Shown here: positions 25,307 through 33,345 of the stretch, one piece after another
Layout: every line of letters starts with the position of its first letter
How positions within the stretch are numbered: position 1 is the stretch's first letter
Virus record (IMG/VR): IMGVR_UViG_3300020044_003982
Span: 1 to 33,675 of that record
Strand: one strand, 5' to 3'
DNA from: a virus
Lineage: Duplodnaviria > Caudoviricetes
DNA length: 33,675 bases
Position numbers and translations under genes: made by a program
The notes under the pieces: model-generated
The model's input: the letters and a program-made list of their open reading frames with translations, nothing else
Database searches by the model: none
Told to the model about the DNA's origin: nothing

Positions 25307-25794
25307 CACTCCTCCTTGACGAATACGCCGTGTTCATTGAGAAAGCCCTTTCTGTCCTTGATCTGCTGGTAGGAGTGATCGAGGCAGTTGTACAGGGTCA
25401 GATTGCTGTACAGGGTCTTGTTGCTCTTCGTCGCTATTCCGCCCAACTGGTTCAGAGCATCGCAGTACCTGTTAACAGTCTGATTACCGTAATACCTGAG
25501 TGATCCGTATGTGGTACAGAGCATCCCAGTCAGGGTGATTATATCAAGATCATCTGGCTTGCAGGTGTTCGCTGCTGTTTTGAACTGTGGCGTCTTACCA
25601 GCAATGCCTGCCATCATAATCATCACCACCATCTGGTCGCCAATGTCATCTATTGGGCTTTTAGCTTTCGCCAGGCTGTCGGTCATCTCGCCAAACTCGC
25701 TGATCAGTTTAAGCCACTGGGTTTCCAGCTTCCCGTTGCCAATGATCTTCCGGTCGATTCCCCACTGTGTAACCAAGTTAATTAGATTTTCCAT
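25306..25794 (-). CDS. MazG-like nucleotide pyrophosphohydrolase
   Basis: QWGIDR..QWLKLISEFGE..DDIGD..CLDHSYQQIKDRKG...GVFVKE. Confidence 0.8.
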   Translation of the reverse strand: MENLINLVTQWGIDRKIIGNGKLETQWLKLISEFGEMTDSLAKAKSPIDDIGDQMVVMIMMAGIAGKTPQFKTAANTCKPDDLDIITLTGMLCTTYGSLRYYGNQTVNRYCDALNQLGGIATKSNKTLYSNLTLYNCLDHSYQQIKDRKGFLNEHGVFVKEE

Positions 25795-25969
25795 AGCTCC
25801 CCCATGTTGATTTACCTGATTCGATGTCAGCGTCAATCCAGCCCGCCAGCCACCAGCATTTTTTTCTCATTCCTGCCGTACAAGCGTCCTTACTTAATCC
25901 ATCAGCGTGCGCCCTTTTCCCTTCGTTATAGAGATCAGACTGCTCTTGTGTCATTCCCTCAATTTTCAT
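25778..25969 (-). CDS. Ribosome modulation factor (RMF/CrpP-fold)-like protein
   Basis: YNEG.RA..DG.S.D.C......WWLAGW pattern matches the RMF G-x2-A-x3-G-x5-C...W-x2-GW signature. Confidence 0.6.
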   Translation of the reverse strand: MKIEGMTQEQSDLYNEGKRAHADGLSKDACTAGMRKKCWWLAGWIDADIESGKSTWGSYGKSN

Positions 25970-25970
25970 T

Positions 25971-26531
25971 CTAGCTCCTGATTCCTAGTCTTTTTTCGTG
26001 AAAGCCTATCTGCTCTTCAAAGTATGCCACCTGCTCTGCTATCCACTCCCTAGTCGGCTTGAATGTCTGCTTTGATCTTGCAAGAAGCTCATTCACAAAG
26101 CCTTCCCCGTAGTAATCAACCATTGATTGCCGGTAGGCCAGCATTGTCGAGACTTTCTGCATTTCGTACATATTACAGCCTCGATGCTGGGGATGTATGT
26201 TGGCCTCTTCCGCCTTTGTAGCGGTCTTCTTGCGCTCGATAAAGTGCCCTCCCTGCATTTCAGACCAGTGCCCAGGCTTTCCGCATGACCAGCAAATACA
26301 GATTCCGTTATCGTCAGCAGCTTTGAGTCGCACCATTCTCTGGCACAGCACTGCTGCTTCGTCCAGCAGCCTAGCGATTGTTTTGACCTTTGGCTTCTTT
26401 GGCTTGGTGCGTTTCGCCTTTGCTCTTTCGTGCGCTGTCTTGCAGTCAAACTGGCAGAATCCAGCCCTCTCGATTAACGAGGATAGCTTTATGGATGGAA
26501 TCTCCACAGTACACCATCGGCACTTTCTCAC
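25971..26531 (-). CDS. ninG: NinG/Rap-like recombination endonuclease
   Basis: N-terminal CxxC/CxxxC, CICWSCG, GGHF, NIHPQH..CN. Confidence 0.85.
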   Translation of the reverse strand: MRKCRWCTVEIPSIKLSSLIERAGFCQFDCKTAHERAKAKRTKPKKPKVKTIARLLDEAAVLCQRMVRLKAADDNGICICWSCGKPGHWSEMQGGHFIERKKTATKAEEANIHPQHRGCNMYEMQKVSTMLAYRQSMVDYYGEGFVNELLARSKQTFKPTREWIAEQVAYFEEQIGFHEKRLGIRS

Positions 26532-26689
26532 TGGCCCATCCTCTTGTTGTGTACTCCGCCGTCGATCTCAAAGAGCGCGTACATTACCCTATCCACGATC
26601 TCATCCTTTGGGGTAATAGACCCTTCCTCTCCAAGCTGTAGGAGCATTTCATTCACTGAGTGATAAAGCTCAATCCATTCAGGTGTCAT
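26528..26689 (-). CDS. Hypothetical protein (53 aa, not in ORF track)
   Basis: MTPEWIELYHSVNEMLLQLGEEG...; ATGA and GTGA overlaps with ninB and ninG. Confidence 0.75.
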   Translation of the reverse strand: MTPEWIELYHSVNEMLLQLGEEGSITPKDEIVDRVMYALFEIDGGVHNKRMGQ

Positions 26690-27117
26690 CTTGCCTCCCG
26701 ATAATTCTCATATGCCTCTAAAGCCTTCTCAGACCAGATTACAGAGCGTTCAGAGCCAAAGGCATAGATTGCCTCAATGTAGTCAGAGAACTCTTCCTTG
26801 CTGAGTTTAGAGGTTCTAACTCCAAGTGCCACAAAGCCACCGTCTACGCCTGGCACCAGCTTCTGGCCCCTCCAAGCAGCCGACAAGATGTCCTTCCAGT
26901 CTTCAGGACTATGCTTCTGCCCAAACCATTCAACCTGCTTTGATATGTCTCTGAGCATAGGCCATTGCTTGTCGTTCTGCTCATCTGTCCTTGTCTCTCT
27001 TCCCAGAGTAATGACCACGGCCCCAGCTTTTAGTCCCAGAGCCGCCATTGAATACACCCACTGGATTGCCCCATGAAGATCACTTTCTTTTGATACTGTT
27101 CTTGTGATGTCGCCCAT
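26686..27117 (-). CDS. ninB: NinB/Orf recombination protein
   Basis: RTDEQN..WPML.DISKQVEW.G, EDWKD, VPG.DGGFV..G.RTSKL. Confidence 0.92.
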   Translation of the reverse strand: MGDITRTVSKESDLHGAIQWVYSMAALGLKAGAVVITLGRETRTDEQNDKQWPMLRDISKQVEWFGQKHSPEDWKDILSAAWRGQKLVPGVDGGFVALGVRTSKLSKEEFSDYIEAIYAFGSERSVIWSEKALEAYENYREAR

Positions 27118-27286
27118 TTGTTAGCTCTCTTGTGTTCTTGATGTGCTGTTTAACCAACTCCTGCCACTCCACAGGACATCCCTTCAGGGCTTCTGTCTGG
27201 GCATCCTTGCCCTTGGCATTCATGTAGTCGGCAGCGTAGTGTCTAGGTCTTTTTGACGCTGTAAGCCTTGTATCGCTTTCCGTCAT
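27080..27286 (-). CDS. Hypothetical protein
   Basis: PRHYAA...ALKGCPVEWQELV pattern; fills operon gap; start uncertain. Confidence 0.6.
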   Translation of the reverse strand: MTESDTRLTASKRPRHYAADYMNAKGKDAQTEALKGCPVEWQELVKQHIKNTRELTNGRHHKNSIKRK

Positions 27287-27449
27287 CGCTTGTTACCCAC
27301 CTGTCCTGAACCTCGACGCCTGTGTTTCTGATCTCGTATATCCTCGCCGCCAGTCGAAGACATCCGCAGTAGTTCAGGGCGTCCAATGGAGTGATCTCGC
27401 CAATGGTTTGCATATGTCTAAGGATTTGCGCGTTTTGTGTGCCTATCAT
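27243..27449 (-). CDS. Winged helix-turn-helix protein (HTH_39-like)
   Basis: TQ..QIL......ITPLDAL...GCLRLAARIYEIR..G. Confidence 0.85.
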   Translation of the reverse strand: MIGTQNAQILRHMQTIGEITPLDALNYCGCLRLAARIYEIRNTGVEVQDRWVTSDDGKRYKAYSVKKT

Positions 27450-27451
27450 GA

Positions 27452-27631
27452 TTATCCCCTTTTTGATTTGTAGATTCTTTGTCTTAACCAGTCGAACAGG
27501 TAATCAGGGTCGATCTCAAACTTCTTTGCTATCACAGACGGTTTCATCCCGTGAATATCGTATAACTCAAACACAATCTCTTCGTCCTGCTCGTCTATCT
27601 TCTTCGGCCACTCTGTTTTTGTTCTTGGCAT
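27452..27631 (-). CDS. Small HTH protein (59 aa, not in ORF track)
   Basis: GMKPSVIAKKFEIDPDYLFDWLR by hand translation; fills the gap exactly. Confidence 0.75.
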   Translation of the reverse strand: MPRTKTEWPKKIDEQDEEIVFELYDIHGMKPSVIAKKFEIDPDYLFDWLRQRIYKSKRG

Positions 27632-27961
27632 TTAATGACTCCAATTTCGATCCGTTACCCTTTCCACAAACCCCTGCATACTCTCTGGTTGTTTTAGGAC
27701 CAGCTCTCTACCGGCCTCAGAGCGTCTACCAAGCTCTGATTTGACGTACTCGTATGTGATCCCCTGCCAGCCTTTGTCTATGCAGATTTCAATTGCTCGA
27801 TCTGCCGTGATGCCAAGGTCAGTACATCGAAACGCTTCCCTCAAAGCCCTCTCAAACGCCCTTTGGGTGAGAGGCTTCTTGATGGACCTTCTCCACTCAA
27901 TAAACTCCAGAGCTGCTTCGTCGCTGACTCCGTAGGTGTAAGCCTGGGATATGTTAATCAT
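27632..27961 (-). CDS. Protein resembling the C-terminal domain of phage replication initiators
   Basis: EFIEWRR.IKKPLT.RA...I...I.KGWQG motif; position downstream of cro. Confidence 0.6.
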   Translation of the reverse strand: MINISQAYTYGVSDEAALEFIEWRRSIKKPLTQRAFERALREAFRCTDLGITADRAIEICIDKGWQGITYEYVKSELGRRSEAGRELVLKQPESMQGFVERVTDRNWSH

Positions 27962-28163
27962 TTTTCGCTGCTCGCTTGATCTCCCTAATCACTGCATCGC
28001 AATACAGAACAGGGATAACAATCACAACGTGTCCGCACGCAATTTGACAGTATTGAGAAATACAAACGTCACCATGTGGGTTTGAGTAAACGCTAATCGA
28101 CTCAAGCCCGATATGAATCACGCCCTCGTCATCTGCTTCTAAATCAAGTTGTTCTTCTGACAT
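27954..28163 (-). CDS. Hypothetical protein
   Basis: AAGGTG RBS before ATG at 28163. Confidence 0.6.
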   Translation of the reverse strand: MSEEQLDLEADDEGVIHIGLESISVYSNPHGDVCISQYCQIACGHVVIVIPVLYCDAVIREIKRAAKND

Positions 28164-28199
28164 ATGCTTCACCTTATTCTAGTTAATAGTTGTCATATA

Positions 28200-28490
28200 G
28201 AGGCAGTTAGTGACCCTACCCGTCTTTGTGAATCTTCATCATTAATCTATGTCTGCAATCAATCAACTTATCAGCGCCAGTTTATCGACTTGTCTTGGTC
28301 GCCCTACACCGAAGTGTCACTTTTACCGCTGTTTAATACTCCGCCTCTTAGAGAGCGTGATTGATTGCCTTGGACTTTGTTTACAGTTTTTCCCTAACTC
28401 TACGCAATTGACCGATGCCGTTGGTGTACCCGTCACGGGCGAATTAGTGATGGCTATGTGACAAAAAATGTCACTTTCTGACGGGAATTG
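28200..28490 (-). ncRNA. Candidate structured RNA / replication-control region
   Basis: 11-bp perfect stem 28255-28265/28358-28368 enclosing four stems including a cUUCGg loop on the minus strand; further stems at 28429-28485. Confidence 0.55.
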
Positions 28491-28516
28491 ACTACTCTTA
28501 TCCATATGAGTACAAT
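28488..28516 (+). promoter_or_regulatory. Near-consensus sigma70 promoter, antisense to the cro operon
   Basis: TTGACT-N17-TACAAT. Confidence 0.85.
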
Positions 28517-28522
28517 TTCTTC

Positions 28523-28592
28523 ATCAGGTGCCTTCATCACCTGTCTCACCACCAAGCGCCTCCGGTCTCGCAAACTGGGGGCGTCTTTCTTT
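28523..28592 (+). ncRNA. ~70-nt antisense small RNA (OOP/countertranscript-like)
   Basis: Promoter upstream, CAGGTG-N7-CACCTG hairpin, then terminator CGCCTCCGGT-N7-ACTGGGGGCG-TCTTTCTTT; no ORF. Confidence 0.7.
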
Positions 28593-28618
28593 GTAGCGGA
28601 TCGACCCGTGAATCCTAA

Positions 28619-28807
28619 CTAATCTGCACCGTGTTTACAACTATCATGCTGTCTTTCTATCGACGCGCACTTGTCGCAAAGGTCTGTGCCGAAAGCCTCA
28701 ATCTGCCTTGCGGAGCTGATCTGCTCGCCACACTCTGAGCAATCGCCAGGCGCTTCTTTCCACAGTGAGCGCAAGAACTCTCTTTCTTCTGGTGTTAAGA
28801 ATGACAT
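28619..28807 (-). CDS. TraR/DksA-type C4 zinc finger protein
   Basis: CSECGEQISSAR..A.....LCDKC. Confidence 0.65.
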   Translation of the reverse strand: MSFLTPEEREFLRSLWKEAPGDCSECGEQISSARQIEAFGTDLCDKCASIERQHDSCKHGAD

Positions 28808-28809
28808 AG

Positions 28810-29085
28810 CTAGTCCTTCCTGATGCTTGGGAATGATGGGCTATCAAGACCCATCGCTTGGAAGACATCTTTGGCCGGAGCCTTCTTCTCTGCCTGTCTA
28901 ACACCTGTCATCAACACCTTAATAGGTATCTTTGTGTCCATGTGAATCTGGCCTATCTTTGCAGATGGCAAACCACGCTTGCGCCAGATGTAAACCGTCA
29001 TGCGGGTTGTGTACCCGAATCGCTCCTGTACTTTCTTCGATCCGCCGTAAGCCTCGATCACTCTATTAACTACACCGATGTCCAT
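28810..29085 (-). CDS. Cro-like HTH regulator
   Basis: VIEAYGGSKKVQERFGYTTRMTVYIWRKRGLP; first gene from the divergent promoter. Confidence 0.8.
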   Translation of the reverse strand: MDIGVVNRVIEAYGGSKKVQERFGYTTRMTVYIWRKRGLPSAKIGQIHMDTKIPIKVLMTGVRQAEKKAPAKDVFQAMGLDSPSFPSIRKD

Positions 29086-29110
29086 AACGCCTCCTGATTA
29101 AGATGACGCC

Positions 29111-29175
29111 ATAATACATCTTTTTATAAATAGTACAACATTAGTGTTTACTTTATTTATAACCCATGTTGTAAT
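29111..29175. promoter_or_regulatory. Divergent early promoters with operator-like inverted repeat
   Basis: Minus TTGTAC-N16-TATTAT (29138-29111); plus TTTACT-N17-TGTAAT (29147-29175); TACAACAT...ATGTTGTA at 29134-29141/29166-29173. Confidence 0.65.
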
Positions 29176-29206
29176 TGCTTCACACAAACAGAAAGGGGAT
29201 ACACAA

Positions 29207-29290
29207 ATGTCCAACCAACAAAAAGAAACAATCTACATGGTTTTAACGCTGACCCTGGCTGCGCTGATCGGCGCTTTGGTGATCCTATGA
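29207..29290 (+). CDS. 27-aa single-TM peptide (not in ORF track)
   Basis: MSNQQKETIYMVLTLTLAALIGALVIL; AAGGGGA RBS; ATGA overlap with the next gene. Confidence 0.7.
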   Translation: MSNQQKETIYMVLTLTLAALIGALVIL

Positions 29291-29505
29291 GAGTCTATGT
29301 GATCCAAATCGAACTGGAAGTAGACTTCCAAACCTACGGCCCAGAGCCGGATGTAGGCATCAATGCTGGATTCGATATTGAGTCCATCTACTCTCCAGAC
29401 GATCCTCACAAAGAGGACGTTACAGATATGCTTTCTGAGAAAGCCTTAGAAAGCATTTACGAACAGGTCGAAATCCATCTGAGGAAGATGAAGGATGACT
29501 ATTAA
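29287..29505 (+). CDS. Hypothetical acidic protein
   Basis: Translationally coupled in the early operon. Confidence 0.75.
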   Translation: MRVYVIQIELEVDFQTYGPEPDVGINAGFDIESIYSPDDPHKEDVTDMLSEKALESIYEQVEIHLRKMKDDY

Positions 29506-29641
29506 AGAGGTGAGCCAAAAGTGGTTCTTGCTTAAAACCGAAGGGCTTGTGTTCTTCGGTTACAGCAGGAAACACGTTCTACACAAATATCACGCATGGG
29601 TGCGTGAGTACGACTTAAAACAAATGAGGACAAGAACATGA
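29495..29641 (+). CDS. Hypothetical protein (48 aa, not in ORF track)
   Basis: MTIKEVSQKWFLLKTEGLVFFGYSRK...; ATGA overlap with sak. Confidence 0.65.
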   Translation: MTIKEVSQKWFLLKTEGLVFFGYSRKHVLHKYHAWVREYDLKQMRTRT

Positions 29642-30168
29642 AAGAGATATGGTCAACACTGAGCGCGATTGATTGCAGCAAGCACATTGAGAAGAAGAAT
29701 AACCTGTCATACCTGAGCTGGGCTTGGGCTTGGGGAGTCCTGATGGAGCATTACCCAGAGGCCACGTTTGAGTTTGATACACCACAGTCTCAGCCTGATG
29801 GAACAATGATGGTGTTCTGCACAATCTCTATTGGTGAAGCCTCACGAAGAATGTGGCTCCCAGTCATGGACTATAAGAACAAGGCCATTGTTAACCCAGA
29901 TGCCTTTGCCATCAATACGGCCATGATGCGCTGCCTTGTTAAGTGCTTGGCCCTTTTTGGCTTGGGCATTTCCGTCTATGCCGGTCAAGACCTCCCGCTG
30001 TTTGTAGAGCCGGAGAAGAAGGTTCTCCCAACTGACCCGCAGATAACTCACAGGATTCATTCCTCTGAGTCAATCGACGATCTCAGAGACATTTGGAAGA
30101 GCCTGACTGTAGAACAAAGGGACGCGCATTCCGCAGTGTTCACTGAGGTTCGGGAGCGTTTAGAGTGA
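29638..30168 (+). CDS. sak: Sak-like ssDNA annealing protein (DUF1071, Rad52-like)
   Basis: EKK.NLSYLSWAWAW, MWLPVMD.KNK, INTAMMRCLVK..ALFGLG..VYAG.D. Confidence 0.92.
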   Translation: MKEIWSTLSAIDCSKHIEKKNNLSYLSWAWAWGVLMEHYPEATFEFDTPQSQPDGTMMVFCTISIGEASRRMWLPVMDYKNKAIVNPDAFAINTAMMRCLVKCLALFGLGISVYAGQDLPLFVEPEKKVLPTDPQITHRIHSSESIDDLRDIWKSLTVEQRDAHSAVFTEVRERLE

Positions 30169-30758
30169 CGCTCTCTCCAGAACGTGATGGGAGGCTCACT
30201 GCGAGCCTCTTCGCATCAGCCATAGGCATAGGCTATGACTCCAGACAAAAGCTTTGGAGGCAGCTCACAGGGCGCGAGGAGAAGTTCCAAGGCAATGCCA
30301 ATACTCAATGGGGATCGGACCATGAGAATGACGCAATCCTGAAGTATGAGATCGAGACCGGAGACCTTGTTAGCTACTCCCGAAATAGACAGGGTTTCTT
30401 GATTCACGATAAGCATGACTGGCTGGGCTGCACGCCAGATGGAATTGTTTACAGGGGACAAGAATCCATAATTTTAGAGGCAAAGTGTCCATCTAATATG
30501 GAGCTGTACGGGAGGATTCCTGACCACTATATGCCCCAGGTTCAGGGCCAGATGGAAATCTCAGGGCTGAAGAAGGCGCACTTCGTGTGCTGGACGCCAA
30601 CAGGGTTTGAAGTGTTTGAGGTTGAGAAGAGCGAAGAATACTGGACAGAGTGTTTCCAGTTTCTCTCTGACTTCTGGGCCTGCGTTAAAGAAGACAGAGA
30701 ACCACAGAAGAGAAAGAAGCCAACATTACCAACAGTTGAATACAGGAAGATCATATGA
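30165..30758 (+). CDS. YqaJ/lambda-exonuclease family protein
   Basis: [30 protein letters not shown]. Confidence 0.92.
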   Translation: MTLSPERDGRLTASLFASAIGIGYDSRQKLWRQLTGREEKFQGNANTQWGSDHENDAILKYEIETGDLVSYSRNRQGFLIHDKHDWLGCTPDGIVYRGQESIILEAKCPSNMELYGRIPDHYMPQVQGQMEISGLKKAHFVCWTPTGFEVFEVEKSEEYWTECFQFLSDFWACVKEDREPQKRKKPTLPTVEYRKII

Positions 30759-31174
30759 AGCGCGGAGTGAACAAAGTAATTCTGGTCGGGTCGGTAGGCA
30801 AAGACCCAGAGTCAAAATTTATGCCCAATGGTAATGCTGTTGTGAACTTCAGCCTGGCTACAAGCGAGTCATGGAAGGACAAGAACAGCGGCCAGCAGCA
30901 GGAGTCAGTTGAATGGCACCGCTGTGTTTGTTTTGGAAAGCTCGCTGAGATTATCGCTCAGTACGTTAAAAAAGGCTCCAAGCTGTATCTGGAAGGAAGC
31001 CTGAAGACTCGATCTTGGGAGAAGGATGGAGTCAAACAATACGCCACAGAGATCGTGATTAACGAGATGCAAATGCTCGATGGGAAGCCTCAAGAGTCCA
31101 GCCAGCCCAGCCAGGGTCGCGCAGCTCAGTCGGCACCAGTGGCTGACTTCGACGACGACATACCTTTTAACTAA
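30755..31174 (+). CDS. ssb: Single-stranded DNA-binding protein
   Basis: [27 protein letters not shown] tail. Confidence 0.97.
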   Translation: MKRGVNKVILVGSVGKDPESKFMPNGNAVVNFSLATSESWKDKNSGQQQESVEWHRCVCFGKLAEIIAQYVKKGSKLYLEGSLKTRSWEKDGVKQYATEIVINEMQMLDGKPQESSQPSQGRAAQSAPVADFDDDIPFN

Positions 31175-31186
31175 GTCCCTTTTATA

Positions 31187-31195
31187 TGCTATGAT
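31187..31195 (+). promoter_or_regulatory. Extended -10 promoter for the HNH-like gene
   Basis: TGcTATGAT 13 nt after the ssb stop. Confidence 0.5.
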
Positions 31196-31228
31196 ACCGG
31201 GGGACGCTTAAACATACCGGAGCAAATT

Positions 31229-31654
31229 ATGGCAGAAAAGCAGTGTTTTAAATGCAAAGCCGTCAAGCCATTGGAGGATTTTTACAAACATCCTGCGATG
31301 GCTGACGGGAGAGTAAACAAGTGCAAGGAATGCAATAAAGTAGATGTTCGTGAAAACAGGACTGTAAAAGCAGATTATTACAGGGCTTATGACCGAGAAA
31401 GAGGTAGCAGGCAACCTCCTGAATATATTAAGGAATATAGGGCTAGATACCCCAAAAAATACAAAGCTCACAGCATGGTCAATTACCATGTTAGAGCGGG
31501 GAATATTTCAAAAAAGCCGTGCGAAATATGCGGGGATTTTTTAAAAGCAGAGGCTCACCATGACGATTACGACAAGCCTTTAGATGTTAGGTGGCTTTGT
31601 TCGATTCATCATAAAGCATGGCATCAAGAGCATGGCGAGGGGATAAACGCATAA
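31229..31654 (+). CDS. Zinc-binding HNH-like endonuclease
   Basis: CFKC...CKEC N-terminus; CEICG..AEAHHDDYDKPLDVRWLCSIHH. Confidence 0.8.
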   Translation: MAEKQCFKCKAVKPLEDFYKHPAMADGRVNKCKECNKVDVRENRTVKADYYRAYDRERGSRQPPEYIKEYRARYPKKYKAHSMVNYHVRAGNISKKPCEICGDFLKAEAHHDDYDKPLDVRWLCSIHHKAWHQEHGEGINA

Positions 31655-31893
31655 TGCGGCCATCAGAGCAACTAGCAGCAATCCTACCTGGGAAGATGGT
31701 CAAAATAAAAACGCTTCACTGCTGGCTTAATGTCTCACGGGCACAGTACGCAATAGCCCGTGAGAACCTAGCCGAAGCAAACAAGACAAAAGGGAACCGT
31801 GGCGCAGCACTCAAAGCCTGTCGCCACTGGAGAAACGAGATACTAACAACAGCGATTCAGTTGCGCGTGCGGCTGATGAGGAGAGTGAGATGA
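31654..31893 (+). CDS. Hypothetical protein (79 aa)
   Basis: TAATG coupling at 31654 and ATGA coupling at 31890. Confidence 0.6.
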   Translation: MRPSEQLAAILPGKMVKIKTLHCWLNVSRAQYAIARENLAEANKTKGNRGAALKACRHWRNEILTTAIQLRVRLMRRVR

Positions 31894-32069
31894 CAGCATT
31901 AACGAAGCGTGAACAGTTTGCGATGGCCGCGATGCAGGGGCTGATGTCGGATTTTGAGGCCGTATACGAAAGCTGCCCCACGGGAGTGATGCCTGCTGAC
32001 TACGCCGTGTCCGTGGCGGTAGTCATAGCCGACAAGATGATAGCAGCACTGGAGAAGAACGATGAGTAA
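31890..32069 (+). CDS. Conserved small phage protein (59 aa; not in ORF track)
   Basis: LTKREQFAMAAMQGL...IADKMIAAL. Confidence 0.8.
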   Translation: MTALTKREQFAMAAMQGLMSDFEAVYESCPTGVMPADYAVSVAVVIADKMIAALEKNDE

Positions 32070-32295
32070 AGACACTGGAGGCGCGGCGTTTCCACAGTTC
32101 GCATGGAATGTCTTTGAGGAGAAGACTACAGCTTATGGCGGCATGACCCTGCGCCAATACGCTGCAATAAAGGCGATGCAAGGGTTTCTCAGTAATAGCA
32201 GGCTCCCCGCTATGGTGCCCACAGGGTCGTCCGTTGTGGTGGAGTCAATAAAAACGGCAGACGCACTGCTTGCCGAACTGGAGGCTACAAAATGA
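32062..32295 (+). CDS. Conserved small phage protein, paralog family of the preceding gene
   Basis: TGGAAFP...GMTLRQYAAIKAMQG...ADALLAEL. Confidence 0.85.
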   Translation: MSKDTGGAAFPQFAWNVFEEKTTAYGGMTLRQYAAIKAMQGFLSNSRLPAMVPTGSSVVVESIKTADALLAELEATK

Positions 32296-32591
32296 GCAAG
32301 CATACACCGGGGCCGTGGGAAATAGATGAACAAGATTATGGAGATGAATTGTGGTTCGGTGGAACCGGATGCGGTCTTGTAACGGTGAATGGCTGGTCAA
32401 ACGGAGGATGCAAAGATCAGCCAGATGAATGGGCGCAATTACTAACAGATGCCCGCCTGATAGCCGCCGCGCCTGAGTTGCTTGATGCGCTTCACGGCTT
32501 ACTAAATGTCATCAGAGAAACACGCGGCCTGCGTTCGTATAACGCGGTACTGGTCGCACAGAAAGCAATCGCCAAAGCGGAGGGTGTATGA
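32292..32591 (+). CDS. Conserved phage hypothetical protein
   Basis: MSKHTPGPW...DARLIAAAPELL motif. Confidence 0.85.
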   Translation: MSKHTPGPWEIDEQDYGDELWFGGTGCGLVTVNGWSNGGCKDQPDEWAQLLTDARLIAAAPELLDALHGLLNVIRETRGLRSYNAVLVAQKAIAKAEGV

Positions 32592-32956
32592 CAGAGCATG
32601 AGATGTTTGAAGAAAAGTTTCCGGTGCCAAGCGAGACTGTGTGGAGCGACCACTTGTCTGCCTACGTCCAAAAAAACCGACGAGTATTGAGCGCGTATGA
32701 TGACTTGTGGCAAGTGTGGCAAGCCGCCCGCGCTACTCCCGCACTGCCGCAGGGGGTGGAGGAGTGGATAAAGCAAAATAAATTTTCTGCCCTATCTGCT
32801 GGGGAGTTTAATGAAGTTGTTTCTATACGCGACCTCCGCGACTACCTCTCCGGCATGGCGATTGTGCCGGTGGAGCTGCTAAAGGAAGCTGTCGGCCAGC
32901 TCAGTGAGTTGAACACCTTTGCTGCGATTCGCGCAATCATCGAGGCCAAGCCATGA
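32588..32956 (+). CDS. Hypothetical protein
   Basis: EMFE...WQVWQAARA motif; ATGA coupling on both sides. Confidence 0.75.
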   Translation: MTEHEMFEEKFPVPSETVWSDHLSAYVQKNRRVLSAYDDLWQVWQAARATPALPQGVEEWIKQNKFSALSAGEFNEVVSIRDLRDYLSGMAIVPVELLKEAVGQLSELNTFAAIRAIIEAKP

Positions 32957-33345
32957 TCGCCTCCCTGTTCTGCGTAGCCACCGCGATTTACTTCGAGGCC
33001 CGTGGCGAGCCAATCGAAGGCCAAGCCGCTGTAGCATGGGTAATCTACCACCGCACAGCGGCAGCGCAGTACCCAGACACCGCTTGTGGGGTCACGCACG
33101 AAGACGAGCATCGGCGCAATGAGTGCCAGTTTAGCTTCATGTGTGACGGCAAGCGAGAGGATGTACACGATGACTGGGCGTATGCCAAGGCGTTGATGGT
33201 CACGATGCTCACAGCCGGTGGCTTTATCCCAGACCCGACCGGCGGAGCGACACACTACCACGCAACGAAAGCACAGCCGTGGTGGGCAGCAGAACTGGAA
33301 AGAACGACTAGAATTGACAACCACATATTCTACAGAGGTGAGTAA
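32953..33345 (+). CDS. SleB/Hydrolase_2-family cell wall hydrolase
   Basis: AIYFEARGE..GQ.AVA.V, CQFS, DPT.GATHYHA...PWW, I.NHIFY. Confidence 0.93.
   Translation: MIASLFCVATAIYFEARGEPIEGQAAVAWVIYHRTAAAQYPDTACGVTHEDEHRRNECQFSFMCDGKREDVHDDWAYAKALMVTMLTAGGFIPDPTGGATHYHATKAQPWWAAELERTTRIDNHIFYRGE

Noticed and set aside
28255-28368. tRNA or tmRNA
   Set aside because: Multi-stem, but no TTCRA T-loop in cloverleaf geometry, no D-loop pattern and no CCA end.
28164-28505. Three 60-70-aa ORFs in the non-coding region
   Set aside because: No convincing RBS, atypical composition and mutual overlap; dense base-pairing explains the region better.
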